In this document: positions 51,633 to 62,030 of the stretch, piece after piece
How positions within the stretch are numbered: the first letter of the stretch is position 1
Layout: every line of letters starts with the position of its first letter
Assembly (NCBI GenBank): GCA_040755455.1
Contig: JBFMAY010000022.1
Coordinates: 1-64,000 of the forward strand
Length of the DNA: 64,000 nucleotides
DNA from: Thermodesulfobacteriota bacterium
GTDB lineage: Bacteria; Desulfobacterota; Desulfobulbia; Desulfobulbales; SURF-16
Direction: 5' to 3'
Made by a program: the position numbers and the translations under genes
The notes under the pieces: generated by a model
What the model saw: the letters and a program-made list of their open reading frames with translations, nothing else
Told to the model about the DNA's origin: nothing
Database searches by the model: none

Positions 51633-53524
51633 CCCTGATGGCCCGTTTGAAAAATGTATGCCTGATAGCCGTTCTCGTCTTGCTCTGTGCCCCGTTGAAT
51701 CCGGTCACGGCAAGTACGGAAAACAAGGCCGATTTATACCAGATCAATGATCTTAAATGGCAACAAAATACTGATTCCTGGCTATGCCAGATCCTCGGTG
51801 ACAGCGTTCCGGCTTACACCATGTATGAATTGTTCAGCCCCCACCGGGTGATTATTGATGTTGCCAACGGGAATTTTGCCGGGTCAATTAATTTCCCGAT
51901 GAAGGTTGATAAGGGACCGGTGACCCTGATCAAAGGATCGGTGCTTGCTGAGCAGAATCCAGCGGTGGCCCGAATTGAACTCCTCCTGGCCGATGACCGC
52001 CCATATTCGGTTACCAGCAGCGGCAATGATATTCTTGTGCAATTTGACAACGATACGCAGGCCCCGGCAGCGGCGCAGAGCAAGGCCCCTGAACGGGTGA
52101 TTAAGGATATAACCATTGCTGATTCAGGAAATATGACCAAGGTGCAGCTGCTGGCTGAGGGACCGATTCAGAAATATCAGTCAACAGAACTGGCCAAGGG
52201 AAAAGATCATCCAGCCCGATTGATCGTGGATCTCCCTGGCATTACCACCCAAGGCCATGCCATTCCCTCTACAGGTGCTTCGCCGGTTAGTCTTGTCCGG
52301 GCAGAGAATTATAAGGATGGCACCCGTGTTATTCTCGATTCTGCTGCAGAAGAGCTTTTCAGTTACTCCATTGCTGCCCAGGAAGACGGGCTTGTGATTA
52401 ATGTTGAACCGGCAGCAGATCCTGCGCCGGTCATCGCAGAAATCACAGGCTTATCAACAGCCGAAATTGCCCAGGGTACCCCAGCGTTATCCTCTGCTGC
52501 AAAAACTCCCACAGCCCCCGCTGCCTCCAAAGCTGGAGAAAAAACGCCCTCTGCATCCGTGACGAAATCCAGTAAGTCTGCGGAGAAAGACAAAAAAACG
52601 GATTTTGCCTTAGCTGGATACACTGAACAAAGAATTTCAGTGGATTTTTATAAGATCGATCTGCACAATGTTTTTCGCCTCATTGGTGAAATCAGCGGCA
52701 GAAATATCGTGGTTGATGAGAAAGTGAGCGGTTCGCTGACATTGGCCTTGAACGATGTGCCCTGGGATTTTGTGCTTGATGTCATCCTCAACCTCAAAGA
52801 TCTGGCCAAGGAAGAACGTTATAATACGATAGTGATTTCGCAGAGAAGTGACTCGCAAAAGAGTAACGGTTTTACGTGGCCGGAACGAGCGGAGGAGAAA
52901 CTTGCTATTAAAAAAGAGGCCATTTCTGTTACCAAACGGCTGGAGGTTCCCAAAGAAAAACTGGAAGCGAGAAACTATATTCGTCAAGCGAAAAATCTCG
53001 AAGATGCAGGAAATTATGAAGGGGCGGTAACGCTCTACGAAAAAGCATTCCAGTCCTGGTCTGAAAACGGTGATCTTGCCAAACGCATAACGTATTTGTC
53101 GTTGGTAAAACTTGGTTTAAACGCCAAGGCTGCCCACTATGGCCAGATTGCCTGCAAGCTGCTGCCCCAGGATACCGAAGTTGCTTTGCAGACTGCTCTC
53201 GGCCTGGCAAACATGGAGATGGTGCAAGAGGCAAAAGGCTACTTTGATTTTGCTGTGAGCAGCGAACGACCGTCACGGCAGGCATTGGCGAGTTATGCAG
53301 CCTTCAGCGAGCAAAACGGCAGTAATGAAATGGCATTGTTTCTGTTGGAAAGGTTTGAGCGAATTTATGGGACATCTTTAGAGACTCTGGTGAGTAAGGC
53401 CAGAATTTATGATAAAATGGGCGATGCCGAAAATGCCTCTAAAGAGTACCAGGCGATACTTCTGTCAGGTTACAAGGTCCCGACGGATTTGGAAAAATAT
53501 ATTAAGGAAAGGCTTCACAGGTAG
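51629..53524 (+). CDS. PilQ-like periplasmic protein (AMIN-AMIN-N0) ending in TPRs, with no secretin barrel
   Basis: AMIN motifs PHRVIIDV and PARLIVDLPG; N0 YTEQRISVDF..LNDVPWDFVLDVIL; then TPR-like helices to the stop. Confidence 0.8.
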   Translation: MTLMARLKNVCLIAVLVLLCAPLNPVTASTENKADLYQINDLKWQQNTDSWLCQILGDSVPAYTMYELFSPHRVIIDVANGNFAGSINFPMKVDKGPVTLIKGSVLAEQNPAVARIELLLADDRPYSVTSSGNDILVQFDNDTQAPAAAQSKAPERVIKDITIADSGNMTKVQLLAEGPIQKYQSTELAKGKDHPARLIVDLPGITTQGHAIPSTGASPVSLVRAENYKDGTRVILDSAAEELFSYSIAAQEDGLVINVEPAADPAPVIAEITGLSTAEIAQGTPALSSAAKTPTAPAASKAGEKTPSASVTKSSKSAEKDKKTDFALAGYTEQRISVDFYKIDLHNVFRLIGEISGRNIVVDEKVSGSLTLALNDVPWDFVLDVILNLKDLAKEERYNTIVISQRSDSQKSNGFTWPERAEEKLAIKKEAISVTKRLEVPKEKLEARNYIRQAKNLEDAGNYEGAVTLYEKAFQSWSENGDLAKRITYLSLVKLGLNAKAAHYGQIACKLLPQDTEVALQTALGLANMEMVQEAKGYFDFAVSSERPSRQALASYAAFSEQNGSNEMALFLLERFERIYGTSLETLVSKARIYDKMGDAENASKEYQAILLSGYKVPTDLEKYIKERLHR

Positions 53525-53683
53525 AAGTCCTGACTTCATTTCTCAAAGGCTGCTGGCCGGCTGAAGTGTTACCAGCCGTCGTCTGCCACGAAAGGTATGG
53601 AAATAAAGATGAAAATGATAACACGCTTTTCTTGTCATGGGTCGCAGGGGAGCATTTGTCTGAAAAATCGGCAAAACACGGAT

Positions 53684-55366
53684 ATGCCCTTCAGACGCAG
53701 GTTGAGAAGTGGCACCCTGATCCTAGTCGCTTTAATCCTGCTCTTTTTGCTTGCCGGTTGTGCAAAAAAAATGCCGGATTTTAAAGGTGAACAGGAAGCT
53801 CAGGATTTTCTGAAAAAGCATACGGCACAAGCGGTTAATGCAGATGCATTCCAATCAGACGCTGAAAGGGAGAAGGCCGGTCCGGCGGAACTGCCTTCCC
53901 GATTCCAGCAGCCAACCTTTTTGCTTTCAGAAACAGAGAGTATCGGGAAAGATGATTTTGCTATTCCTGTCGGAGCTGACATTTCGTCTAATGCCGCCCC
54001 TGTCACCCTTAGAGAAATCATGAAGAAACTTGCTGTGTTGAAGGGGATGAATGTCAGCTGGGCCAATGATGTTGATCAGGGCGCTCTTGTTGATGTTGAT
54101 ATCAGGGCGGAGGATGATTTTTTTGAATCCATTGACAATCTCTTGCGCCAATTGGATTATTTCCACGAGGTGAAAGGAAATTCCATTATCATCAAACACA
54201 AGGAAACCCGAAAATTCCATATCGCCATGCCGTTTATGTCTCCCCAATTCAATCTGGGCGTTGGCGGTGATGTGCTTGGCGGCAACAAGGTAGCCGCCCA
54301 TGAGATGTCAGGTAAAATACAGATCACCAGTCAGCCTGAAAATGCCAACAGCTTTGATATCTGGGCAAATGTCAGGCAGAATCTTGATCAGATACTCGAT
54401 ATCTGGACCACAGAAGAAGTTGTCACCCCGCCCGCTCCGGCTCCGGCAGGTCAGCAAATGCTGGCAGGCGCTGAAACCGCGCAGCCTGCTGTGGTCACCA
54501 ACAGAAAACCCGGCAAGGGGTATTATACCATCGACAAGCCTGTCGGCCTGATTACGGTTACCGCGCCACAGTCACTTTTGGAAAAAATTGGCAATTATAT
54601 AGAAAACCTTAAAAAAGAGCTGTACAGGCAGGTGTCGATCGAGGCCAAAATTGTGGAGGTAACCCTCTCTGCCGACAACAGGACAGGTATCAACTGGGAG
54701 GATCTGCTGCAGAATCCCAACAACCCTTTTAGTTTATCCATGGATTTTCAGAAATTGAATCCGTTGTATCATGATTTGGGCACCCAGAATAAATTTCTCA
54801 CGGTCAACACCCAGAACTTTGGCCTTGTGTTGGATGCCATAGAAGAACAGGGCCATGTGGAGGTTATTTCCAACCCCAAACTCAGCGTGATGAACGGGCA
54901 GCCGGCCATGATATCCGTTGGCTCGACGCTCACCTATATTAACAACGTGGACGTCACTGTCGAAGATGCAGTGCCCACCTACAGTGTTGAAACATCAAGT
55001 GTGATGTCCGGGCTGGGCATGGCTGTTATTGCCACGATCATTGATGACAATGAGGTGATTCTCACCTTGACCCCAGTGACATCACAAGTTAAGACCCCCA
55101 TTGAATATAAACAGTTCGGCACAGCCGGAAGTGAAGTAGGCCTGCCGGAAGTGGATATCCGGGAAATGACGACCCTGGTGAAGATAAAAAACGGCGAGAT
55201 GCTGATCGTCGGCGGATTAATTGATAGTACCAGCGATTATACCGAGGCGCAGATCCCGGGCCTGGGGGATATTCCTGGTCCTGGCGGCAAACTTTTTGGA
55301 GAAAGCGGGGCGGCCAGGGAGCGCAAGGAACTGGTAATACTTCTCAGGCCGGTTGTCCTGCCGTAA
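53684..55366 (+). CDS. MshL/BfpB-like lipo-secretin
   Basis: Lipobox LAGC; RQVSIEAKIVEVTL..GINW, ISNPKLSVMNGQPAMI, IVGGLI, IPGLGDIP, KELVILLRP. Start chosen to give a normal signal length. Confidence 0.88.
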   Translation: MPFRRRLRSGTLILVALILLFLLAGCAKKMPDFKGEQEAQDFLKKHTAQAVNADAFQSDAEREKAGPAELPSRFQQPTFLLSETESIGKDDFAIPVGADISSNAAPVTLREIMKKLAVLKGMNVSWANDVDQGALVDVDIRAEDDFFESIDNLLRQLDYFHEVKGNSIIIKHKETRKFHIAMPFMSPQFNLGVGGDVLGGNKVAAHEMSGKIQITSQPENANSFDIWANVRQNLDQILDIWTTEEVVTPPAPAPAGQQMLAGAETAQPAVVTNRKPGKGYYTIDKPVGLITVTAPQSLLEKIGNYIENLKKELYRQVSIEAKIVEVTLSADNRTGINWEDLLQNPNNPFSLSMDFQKLNPLYHDLGTQNKFLTVNTQNFGLVLDAIEEQGHVEVISNPKLSVMNGQPAMISVGSTLTYINNVDVTVEDAVPTYSVETSSVMSGLGMAVIATIIDDNEVILTLTPVTSQVKTPIEYKQFGTAGSEVGLPEVDIREMTTLVKIKNGEMLIVGGLIDSTSDYTEAQIPGLGDIPGPGGKLFGESGAARERKELVILLRPVVLP

Positions 55367-55405
55367 CAATTAAGGCAAGCAGAAAAAAATAACACTATTA
55401 TGAAG

Positions 55406-55446
55406 AAGGCGCCAGGCGGTTGTCCAACCGCTTGGCGCCTTTTTTG
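55406..55446. terminator. Intrinsic terminator, probably bidirectional, between the pil operon and secB
   Basis: AAGGCGCCAGGCGGTTG-TC-CAACCGCTTGGCGCCTT followed by a T-run. Confidence 0.85.
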
Positions 55447-55459
55447 TAACTGCCGGCTA

Positions 55460-55954
55460 CTACTGCTGCTGTTCGTCTGCTTTTGTCTGTTCCTGTTTCT
55501 TTTTCATGGCGTTTTGGAAAAGGGCCATGAAGTTAACGGGTTCCATCAGGAAGGGCATAAAACCGCCGTCAACGGAAACTTGACTCATGATCTGCCGGGT
55601 AAAGGGAAACATCAGGGTGGGGCAGTCTACAGCAAGAACCATGGCCAGATGCTCTTGCGGGATGTTTTTCAGGATAAAGACCCCGGCATGTTCGATTTCG
55701 AGGATAAAGAGTGTTTTGCCATCTTTGCCATTGGTTACGGTGGCAGTAACCGACAGGCTCACTTCCCAATGATCATTTTCCAGTTTCTTGTTCTTCAGCC
55801 CGAGGTTCACTTCAACTTTTGGTTCCTGCGGCACCAGAAAGGTTTCCGGGGCATTAGGATTTTCGAACGAGAGATCCTTCAGATAAAGTTTCTGTAACCT
55901 AAAAACAGGAGCTTCACCCTGTGGGGAAGCATTTTTTTCATTTTGTTCAGCCAT
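55460..55954 (-). CDS. secB: Protein-export chaperone SecB
   Basis: YLKDLSFENPNAP, EHAGVF, CPTLMFPFTR, GGFMPFLMEPVNF. Confidence 0.95.
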   Translation of the reverse strand: MAEQNEKNASPQGEAPVFRLQKLYLKDLSFENPNAPETFLVPQEPKVEVNLGLKNKKLENDHWEVSLSVTATVTNGKDGKTLFILEIEHAGVFILKNIPQEHLAMVLAVDCPTLMFPFTRQIMSQVSVDGGFMPFLMEPVNFMALFQNAMKKKQEQTKADEQQQ

Positions 55955-56053
55955 GGGTCGTTCCTTTTTTGGGGATTTAAAAATGCAAGGATGGTTGCTT
56001 AACAGGGTAAACCTTTACCATTGAAGGGCTCATCCAGTCAACCAATTAAGTTC

Positions 56054-58885
56054 TCATGTCAGGATCTGCTTTAAAAACATGCCGGTATAGGATTGTGGTG
56101 CTTTTGCTATTTCTTCGGGTGTGCCCGATGCGACAATCTCACCACCCTCATCTCCTCCTTCCGGCCCGAGATCAATGAGGAAATCGGCTGTTTTAATCAC
56201 ATCGAGATTGTGTTCAATAATAACCGCTGTATTGCCGTTGTCAACCAGGCGGGAAAGTACGGCCAGCAAATATTTGATGTCAGCCGGATGCAGGCCCGTG
56301 GTTGGTTCGTCAAGAATATAGAGGGTGTTGCCCGTACTCCGCTTGCGTAGCTCGCGGGCCAGCTTGATTCGCTGGGCCTCACCGCCGGAGAGGGTTACAG
56401 ACGACTGGCCAAGCGAGATGTAGGATAAGCCGACGTCAACAAGGGACTGCAGGCGGTTTTTGATGGCCGGGATGTTGGTGAAAAATTGCAGCGCCTCTTC
56501 CACATTCATTGACAGGATTTCCGCGATGTTTTTGCCGCGGTATCTGATCTCCAGCGTTTCCTGGTTGTAACGCTTGCCATTGCATACCTCGCAGGTCACA
56601 TAGATATCGGGCAGAAAATGCATGGCGATTTTGATCACCCCGTCGCCTTCACAGGCCTCGCAGCGGCCTCCCTTCAGATTAAAGCTGAAACGTCCGGGTT
56701 TATAGCCCCGCGCCCTTGATTCCGGCAGACGGGCCAGCAGTTCTCTGATCGGGGTGAGCACGCCGGTGTAGGTGGCGGGATTTGAACGGGGTGTGCGGCC
56801 AATGGGGCTCTGGTCAATATCGATAACACTGTCGATTTTATCAAGTCCGGTAATGGCGGCAAACTGTGCGGCGCCATCATAGAGTGCTTTACCCAGACCT
56901 TCCCTGGCCCCTTTAAAAAGGCATTCCATGACCAGTGAGCTTTTGCCAGAGCCGGATACACCGGTGACACAGGTCATGACCCCGAGGGGGAAGGAAGCGT
57001 CGACTTTTTTCAGATTATTGGCGGTTGCTTTTGCGAGATGAATCCACTCTTCGGCGGATCGAGGCTGCCGTCTTTTGGCCGGTATGGGAATTTCCAGGCG
57101 GCCTGAAAGAAACCCCCCGGTCAGCGACGCTTCCTCTTTCAGCAGGCCGGCAACCGGTCCATTGTAAATAACCCGGCCGCCATGCACCCCGGCCCCAGGA
57201 CCGATGTCGAGTACGTGATCGGCTGCGGCGATGGTTTCACTGTCATGTTCAACGACAATCACCGTGTTGCCGATATCACGGAGATTGGTCAGGGTTTTAA
57301 TCAGTCTTTCGTTATCCCGCTGATGCAGACCGATGCTCGGTTCATCCAGAATATAGAGAACGCCAGCCAGGCGGGAGCCGATCTGCGAGGCCAGCCGTAT
57401 CCGCTGGGCTTCCCCGCCGGAAAGGGTTGCCGCCGTCCGGTTCAGGGACAGGTAGCCGAGTCCCACATCAAGCAAGAAGGTGAGGCGGTTATGGATTTCC
57501 TTGACAATGGGCTGGGAGATGAGCTGTTCCTGCTGGCTGAAATGGATACTCGGTAGTTCTGCCGCCAGGTGAATAATACTGCAGGCGGTCAGTTGATGAA
57601 TGGCCCATGGGCCGACGCGCACCGCCAGGGCCGCCGGTCTGAGCCGGGCGCCCTGGCAGGCGGGGCAGGTTTGTTCATTCATGAAAAGGGCAAGTTCATC
57701 CCTGCTGAAGCTTGAGGTCGTTTCCAGGTAAAGGCGGGCAAGCTGCGGGAGAACACCCTCAAAGGGAGTTTGCGAGGTGTGGGTACGGTTGCCGCGCACA
57801 TAGTGAAAAGAGATGGCTTCTCTGCCTGTGCCGTACAGGATAGCATTTTTTGCTTTATCTGGAAGCTTGACAAAAGGTGTTGTCATATGAAAGGAGTAGT
57901 GTTTGGCCAAGGCCTCCAGCAGCTGGCTTGAATAGGATGATGAGGCCCTATTGCGCCAGGGGGCGATGGCGCCCTGGCGCAGGGAGAGGCCGGGGTCGGG
58001 CACAACCAGATGGGGATCGAAGAAATGCTTTACCCCGAGCCCGCCGCACTCTTCACAGGCACCCTTGGGATTATTAAAGGAAAAGAGCTGGGGGCTCAGA
58101 TCAAGCAGGCTGGTGCCGCACTGTACACATGCCGCACGCTCACTGAAAAGTTTTTCCTCAGTTGTATCGGGGAAAAAGGCTAGCAGCAAGCCATCCGTCA
58201 GCTGCACGGCAGTGGCAATGGATTGGGCCAGCCGCTGTCTGGCTGAGGGTTTGATCACAATCCGGTCAACCACCGCCTCGATGGTATGCCGTTTTGTTTT
58301 GGCCAGGTCGATTTTTTCATCAAGATTGCGGAATTCGCGGTCAATTCTTACCCGGACAAACCCTTCTTCGCGGAGTTTATTCAAAATTTCCGCATGCTCC
58401 CCTTTTCTTTCATCAATAAGGGGGGCAAGCAGCACGCATTTGGTCCCCTCCGGCATTGCCAGCAGGTTTTCGACCATGTTCTCGATGGATTGCGGGTGGA
58501 TTTCCCGCCCGCAATCCGGGCAGTGCTGGTGGCCGACTCTGGCATAAAGAAGACGCAGATAATCATAAATTTCCGTGATCGTGCCAACGGTGGAACGGGG
58601 ATTACGGCTAGTAGTGCGCTGTTCAATGGAAACGGCCGGAGATAACCCCTCCAGGGAATCAACATCAGGTTTATCCATCTGGCCGAGGAACTGACGGGCA
58701 TAGGTGGAAAGTGATTCAACATAACGCCTTTGCCCCTCGGCATAGAGGGTGTCAAAGGCGAGACTGGATTTGCCGGAGCCGGAAAGCCCGGTGAAAACAA
58801 TCAGTCGGTTGCGCGGCAGATCAACATCAATGTTTTTTAAATTGTGCATCCGGGCGCCGCGGATACGTATAGTGTCAGGTTCCAT
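56054..58885 (-). CDS. uvrA: Excinuclease ABC subunit A
   Basis: [32 protein letters not shown], two LSGGEAQRI, zinc fingers, GVSGSGKS. Confidence 0.98.
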   Translation of the reverse strand: MEPDTIRIRGARMHNLKNIDVDLPRNRLIVFTGLSGSGKSSLAFDTLYAEGQRRYVESLSTYARQFLGQMDKPDVDSLEGLSPAVSIEQRTTSRNPRSTVGTITEIYDYLRLLYARVGHQHCPDCGREIHPQSIENMVENLLAMPEGTKCVLLAPLIDERKGEHAEILNKLREEGFVRVRIDREFRNLDEKIDLAKTKRHTIEAVVDRIVIKPSARQRLAQSIATAVQLTDGLLLAFFPDTTEEKLFSERAACVQCGTSLLDLSPQLFSFNNPKGACEECGGLGVKHFFDPHLVVPDPGLSLRQGAIAPWRNRASSSYSSQLLEALAKHYSFHMTTPFVKLPDKAKNAILYGTGREAISFHYVRGNRTHTSQTPFEGVLPQLARLYLETTSSFSRDELALFMNEQTCPACQGARLRPAALAVRVGPWAIHQLTACSIIHLAAELPSIHFSQQEQLISQPIVKEIHNRLTFLLDVGLGYLSLNRTAATLSGGEAQRIRLASQIGSRLAGVLYILDEPSIGLHQRDNERLIKTLTNLRDIGNTVIVVEHDSETIAAADHVLDIGPGAGVHGGRVIYNGPVAGLLKEEASLTGGFLSGRLEIPIPAKRRQPRSAEEWIHLAKATANNLKKVDASFPLGVMTCVTGVSGSGKSSLVMECLFKGAREGLGKALYDGAAQFAAITGLDKIDSVIDIDQSPIGRTPRSNPATYTGVLTPIRELLARLPESRARGYKPGRFSFNLKGGRCEACEGDGVIKIAMHFLPDIYVTCEVCNGKRYNQETLEIRYRGKNIAEILSMNVEEALQFFTNIPAIKNRLQSLVDVGLSYISLGQSSVTLSGGEAQRIKLARELRKRSTGNTLYILDEPTTGLHPADIKYLLAVLSRLVDNGNTAVIIEHNLDVIKTADFLIDLGPEGGDEGGEIVASGTPEEIAKAPQSYTGMFLKQILT

Positions 58886-59008
58886 AAGGCAAAGAAATTT
58901 CGAGTTCGAAGCAAAAAGGCTTATTATGGGTGTGGAAAAAACATAAAGTATCTCGATTACTGCAGTGTAGGTAGCCGATCAAGGGGTGTAAATTTGCAGC
59001 TACGCCTT

Positions 59009-59048
59009 CTTCCAACCGCCCTTGTGGCAGGTAAAGGACGGTTGGAAG
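59009..59048. terminator. Strong hairpin just downstream of the carbonic-anhydrase-like gene
   Basis: CTTCCAACCGCCCTT / AAGGACGGTTGGAAG, 15-bp stem with one mismatch; no clear U-tract. Confidence 0.45.
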
Positions 59049-59063
59049 TTGTGAGGGGCTGGA

Positions 59064-59540
59064 TCAGCCGGCACTGAACGGCAGTGAGGAATGATGAAGG
59101 TTGATTTTGAGTCTACCTTCGTTGTTTTTGATATAGCCGAAGGTGTATTCCACCTTGACCTCGGTTCCATCTGTTTGTTTGAAAAAATAATTACCCATGG
59201 CTACGGCGTAATTGCCGTTAATGAAGGTGCCGGCATTTTCAAAACGGACGTTAATCCACGGGTGTAGGGCAAACCCATGATCTTCTTTAAATTTGTCATT
59301 ACCGCCGATAAAGTAGGATAACGCCGATTCCCGTGTCATGCGGAACTGCACATCGGCAGCCTTGGTGGGCTTGAAAAGCACAGGGCCGGACTGAAAATCA
59401 TACAGGGTGTCGATATGTTTTTCAGCAGCCCTGACAAAGTCACCTCCAGCTGCGGATGCATTGCCGATGGCCACGATGCCTTCGCCCCAGACCTGTTGCG
59501 CCTTGCTTATTTCTTCAGCAGTAATAGTGTTTTCTCCCAT
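59064..59540 (-). CDS. Iota-class carbonic anhydrase candidate (COG4337-type, NTF2-like fold)
   Basis: VLFKPTKA, ALSYFIGG, EDHGFAL.PW..VRFEN, AMGNYFF, VEYTFGY, C-terminal LHHSSLPF. Confidence 0.75.
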   Translation of the reverse strand: MGENTITAEEISKAQQVWGEGIVAIGNASAAGGDFVRAAEKHIDTLYDFQSGPVLFKPTKAADVQFRMTRESALSYFIGGNDKFKEDHGFALHPWINVRFENAGTFINGNYAVAMGNYFFKQTDGTEVKVEYTFGYIKNNEGRLKINLHHSSLPFSAG

Positions 59541-59714
59541 TGTAACCTCTTCTTTTTCGTGAAAATGATCTTGTCTGAAATTTTGCACTTATCCTGAGGC
59601 ATTCCAGACGCTTTAAGTGAACCTACATCACCTCATGCTGATTTGCAATATTATCTAGTGGTTGGCGAGAAAAGTCAAAATCAGGGATTTCGTAAATCCT
59701 ATCGGTCCTACGAT

Positions 59715-61061
59715 TCAAGTCCTTACAAATCTGGCAGCAAAAAAACCATCATGACTGCTATCAGGCAGCATCTGCAAGAGGCCTTTTTCGTTGATCAGCT
59801 CCCGGGCATGAACGGGAAGAAGGGAAGGCCTGCTGATTTTGAAATCCGGCCGGGTTTCCAGAAACAATGCCACCGCCTCCTCATTCTCTTCCGGCTCGAT
59901 GCTGCAGGTGGCATAGACCAGCAGCCCCCCCGGCGCAAGAAGCGCCGCCGCCTGGGTTAGCAGCTTGAGCTGTTCGGCCTGATAGCGTTGCAGATCATCC
60001 GGGCTGCGGTTCCAGCGGATATCCGGGTGGCGGCGAATCACGCCAAGACCGGAACAGGGCGCGTCGACCAAAATGGCCGTAAAAAGGCCGCCGGCTTTAT
60101 CCTGAAACTCGGCCAGCGTGGTTTGCTGGCTACACACGCGATCAGCAAAACCCATGCGGTGCACATTCTCGTGGAGCAGGTTGAAGCGCATCGGATTGGG
60201 TTCGATGGCGACAACCTGGCTGCCGTCAGGCATGAGCTGCGCCAGATGCACGGTTTTGCCCCCCAGACCGGCGCAGGCATCGAGGCATCTCCCCGGGGGA
60301 ACCGGGGCAAGCATCAGGGAAATCAGCTGCGCCCCCTGGTCCTGCACCATGAATTTGCCCTCCGCATAACCGGGCAGGCCGGCAATATCCCCCCGGTAGT
60401 CAGGAAGCACAACCGCCTCGGGGCAGTAAATGCCGGGCAGGCCGGTTATGCCGCTCTTTTCAAGCTCGCTGATAAAGTTTTCCCGCGCCATGAGTTTGGT
60501 GTTGACCCGGAGCACAAGAGCGGCCTGCTGGTTATTTGCCGTGCATATTCTCGTCGTCGCATCTTCGCCGTAACGGGCCAGCCACCGTTGATAAAGCCAG
60601 TCTGGATGGCTCAGGCGCACGGCAGGCGGCATGCTGTTCTTGTCCCTGGGGCTGGGCCGGGTAGCCGTCTGTCTGACAATGTTGCGTAACAAGCCGTTGA
60701 CAAAGCCGGTGAGCCACTTGGGCTGTCTGGACTCCGAAAGTGCCTTGATCGTTTCATTGACGGCAGCCGAGGGCGGAATTCTATCCATGAAGCAGAGTTG
60801 AAAAAGTCCCACCCGCAAGGCCTGGAGGGTAAGGTTTTTCATTTTGCGCACCGGGTGGCTGGAAAAATCCTGCAGGATGGCGTCAAGATAGCGCTGCCAG
60901 CGCAGCACTCCATAAACCAGGGCTGTGACCAACTGGGTGTCTTTTGTGCTGGCCAGCATGGCTTTTTTCAGGATGTTGTCCCTGATCAGGTCCACCGGTT
61001 GACCTGTCTCCTGTCTTTGGCAGAGAATGGTGATGGCAAGATGGCGGGGATTGGTTTTCAT
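59715..61061 (-). CDS. rsmB: 16S rRNA m5C967 methyltransferase RsmB/Sun
   Basis: NusB-like N-domain, SHPDWL, VQDQGAQ, DACAGLGGKT, VDAPCSGLG, YATCS, DGFF. Confidence 0.96.
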   Translation of the reverse strand: MKTNPRHLAITILCQRQETGQPVDLIRDNILKKAMLASTKDTQLVTALVYGVLRWQRYLDAILQDFSSHPVRKMKNLTLQALRVGLFQLCFMDRIPPSAAVNETIKALSESRQPKWLTGFVNGLLRNIVRQTATRPSPRDKNSMPPAVRLSHPDWLYQRWLARYGEDATTRICTANNQQAALVLRVNTKLMARENFISELEKSGITGLPGIYCPEAVVLPDYRGDIAGLPGYAEGKFMVQDQGAQLISLMLAPVPPGRCLDACAGLGGKTVHLAQLMPDGSQVVAIEPNPMRFNLLHENVHRMGFADRVCSQQTTLAEFQDKAGGLFTAILVDAPCSGLGVIRRHPDIRWNRSPDDLQRYQAEQLKLLTQAAALLAPGGLLVYATCSIEPEENEEAVALFLETRPDFKISRPSLLPVHARELINEKGLLQMLPDSSHDGFFAARFVRT

Positions 61062-61078
61062 GGTGGAGTGTTATGGCA

Positions 61079-61166
61079 GGAGCCAGGAGCCAGAATTCAG
61101 AAGCCAGAAGATGGCAAAGTGATGTTTTGAGTTTTTCCCGGCTCCATTATTCTGTCTCCTGCCTTT
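61079..61166. repeat. Inverted heptamer-array element, copy F (no cargo gene)
   Basis: Left GGAGCCA GGAGCCA GAATTCA GAAGCCA; right CGGCTCC..TGTCTCC TGCCTTT overlapping the pgeF 3' end. Confidence 0.75.
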
Positions 61167-61896
61167 TCACCCCGATGACACTGCAGAACCGGCCGGTCTT
61201 TTTTTCCCGTCGGTAGGAAAACCAGTTTGGGTCGCAGACGGTGCAGATAGCGGTGGCCGAGATATTTTCCGGTGGGACTCCCGCCTCCTGGAGCTGGTGT
61301 CTGCTGATGGCCCTGAAGTCAAAATAATGGGGTTTTACCTGGAAAGGGTGCAAATGCCGCGGCAGTTCCTGTTCGTAATTGATGAACTCAGCACAACATG
61401 GCCCGAGGGATGGGCTGATGGCGGCCTGGAGATGTGCTGGGCTGACACCGAACTCCTCAGTCATCACCTTGATGGTCGTGCCGATGATATTATCCACGCT
61501 GCCGCGCCATCCGCAATGGATATTGGCCACAACCTGCCGGCGCGGATCAAAGAGCATGACGGCCTGGCAATCGGCCTGCTGGATCATCAGGCCAACACCG
61601 GCAACATTGGTGACAAAGGCATCGCAGCCGGCAATTTCCATATCCGTTTCCGGTTTTTTTGCGATAACATGAACCTTGCGGCCATGCACCTGCTGCCCGG
61701 AAACGAGAATGTCAACGGCAAGGCTCTGCTTGATCCTCTCCCGGTTTGCTTTGACCCGCCGGGAATCATCGTCAACCCCATAGCTGACATTGAGGGAGTG
61801 ATATGGAGACGTACTTGCTCCGCCATGGCGGTTAAAAATGCCATGAAACAGGGTGGGGCAGTTTGCAAATGCAGGGAAGGTAAGAGGGGTAAGCAT
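61147..61896 (-). CDS. pgeF: Peptidoglycan editing factor / purine nucleoside phosphorylase (YfiH family)
   Basis: SLNVSYGVDD, QVHG, ADC, HCGWRG, CT..WFSYRR. Confidence 0.93.
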   Translation of the reverse strand: MLTPLTFPAFANCPTLFHGIFNRHGGASTSPYHSLNVSYGVDDDSRRVKANRERIKQSLAVDILVSGQQVHGRKVHVIAKKPETDMEIAGCDAFVTNVAGVGLMIQQADCQAVMLFDPRRQVVANIHCGWRGSVDNIIGTTIKVMTEEFGVSPAHLQAAISPSLGPCCAEFINYEQELPRHLHPFQVKPHYFDFRAISRHQLQEAGVPPENISATAICTVCDPNWFSYRREKKTGRFCSVIGVKRQETE

Positions 61897-61920
61897 GGTC
61901 CTGATCAGTTAAAAAGAGCA

Positions 61921-61956
61921 AAAAAGGGGATGACCCGCCTGAGTCATCCCCTTTTT
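61921..61956. terminator. Intrinsic terminator after the DUF3373 gene
   Basis: AAAAAGGGGATGAC-CCGCCTGA-GTCATCCCCTTTTT. Confidence 0.9.
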
Positions 61957-62030
61957 GCTTTACGATAAGTGCGCGGTGTTCGCAGGGAAATTCATTGCCG
62001 CAACATTACCCGCACAGCAAAAATTAAGAC

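Noticed and set aside
58886..59000. LexA/SOS box upstream of uvrA
   Set aside because: No match to a LexA consensus that I can support.
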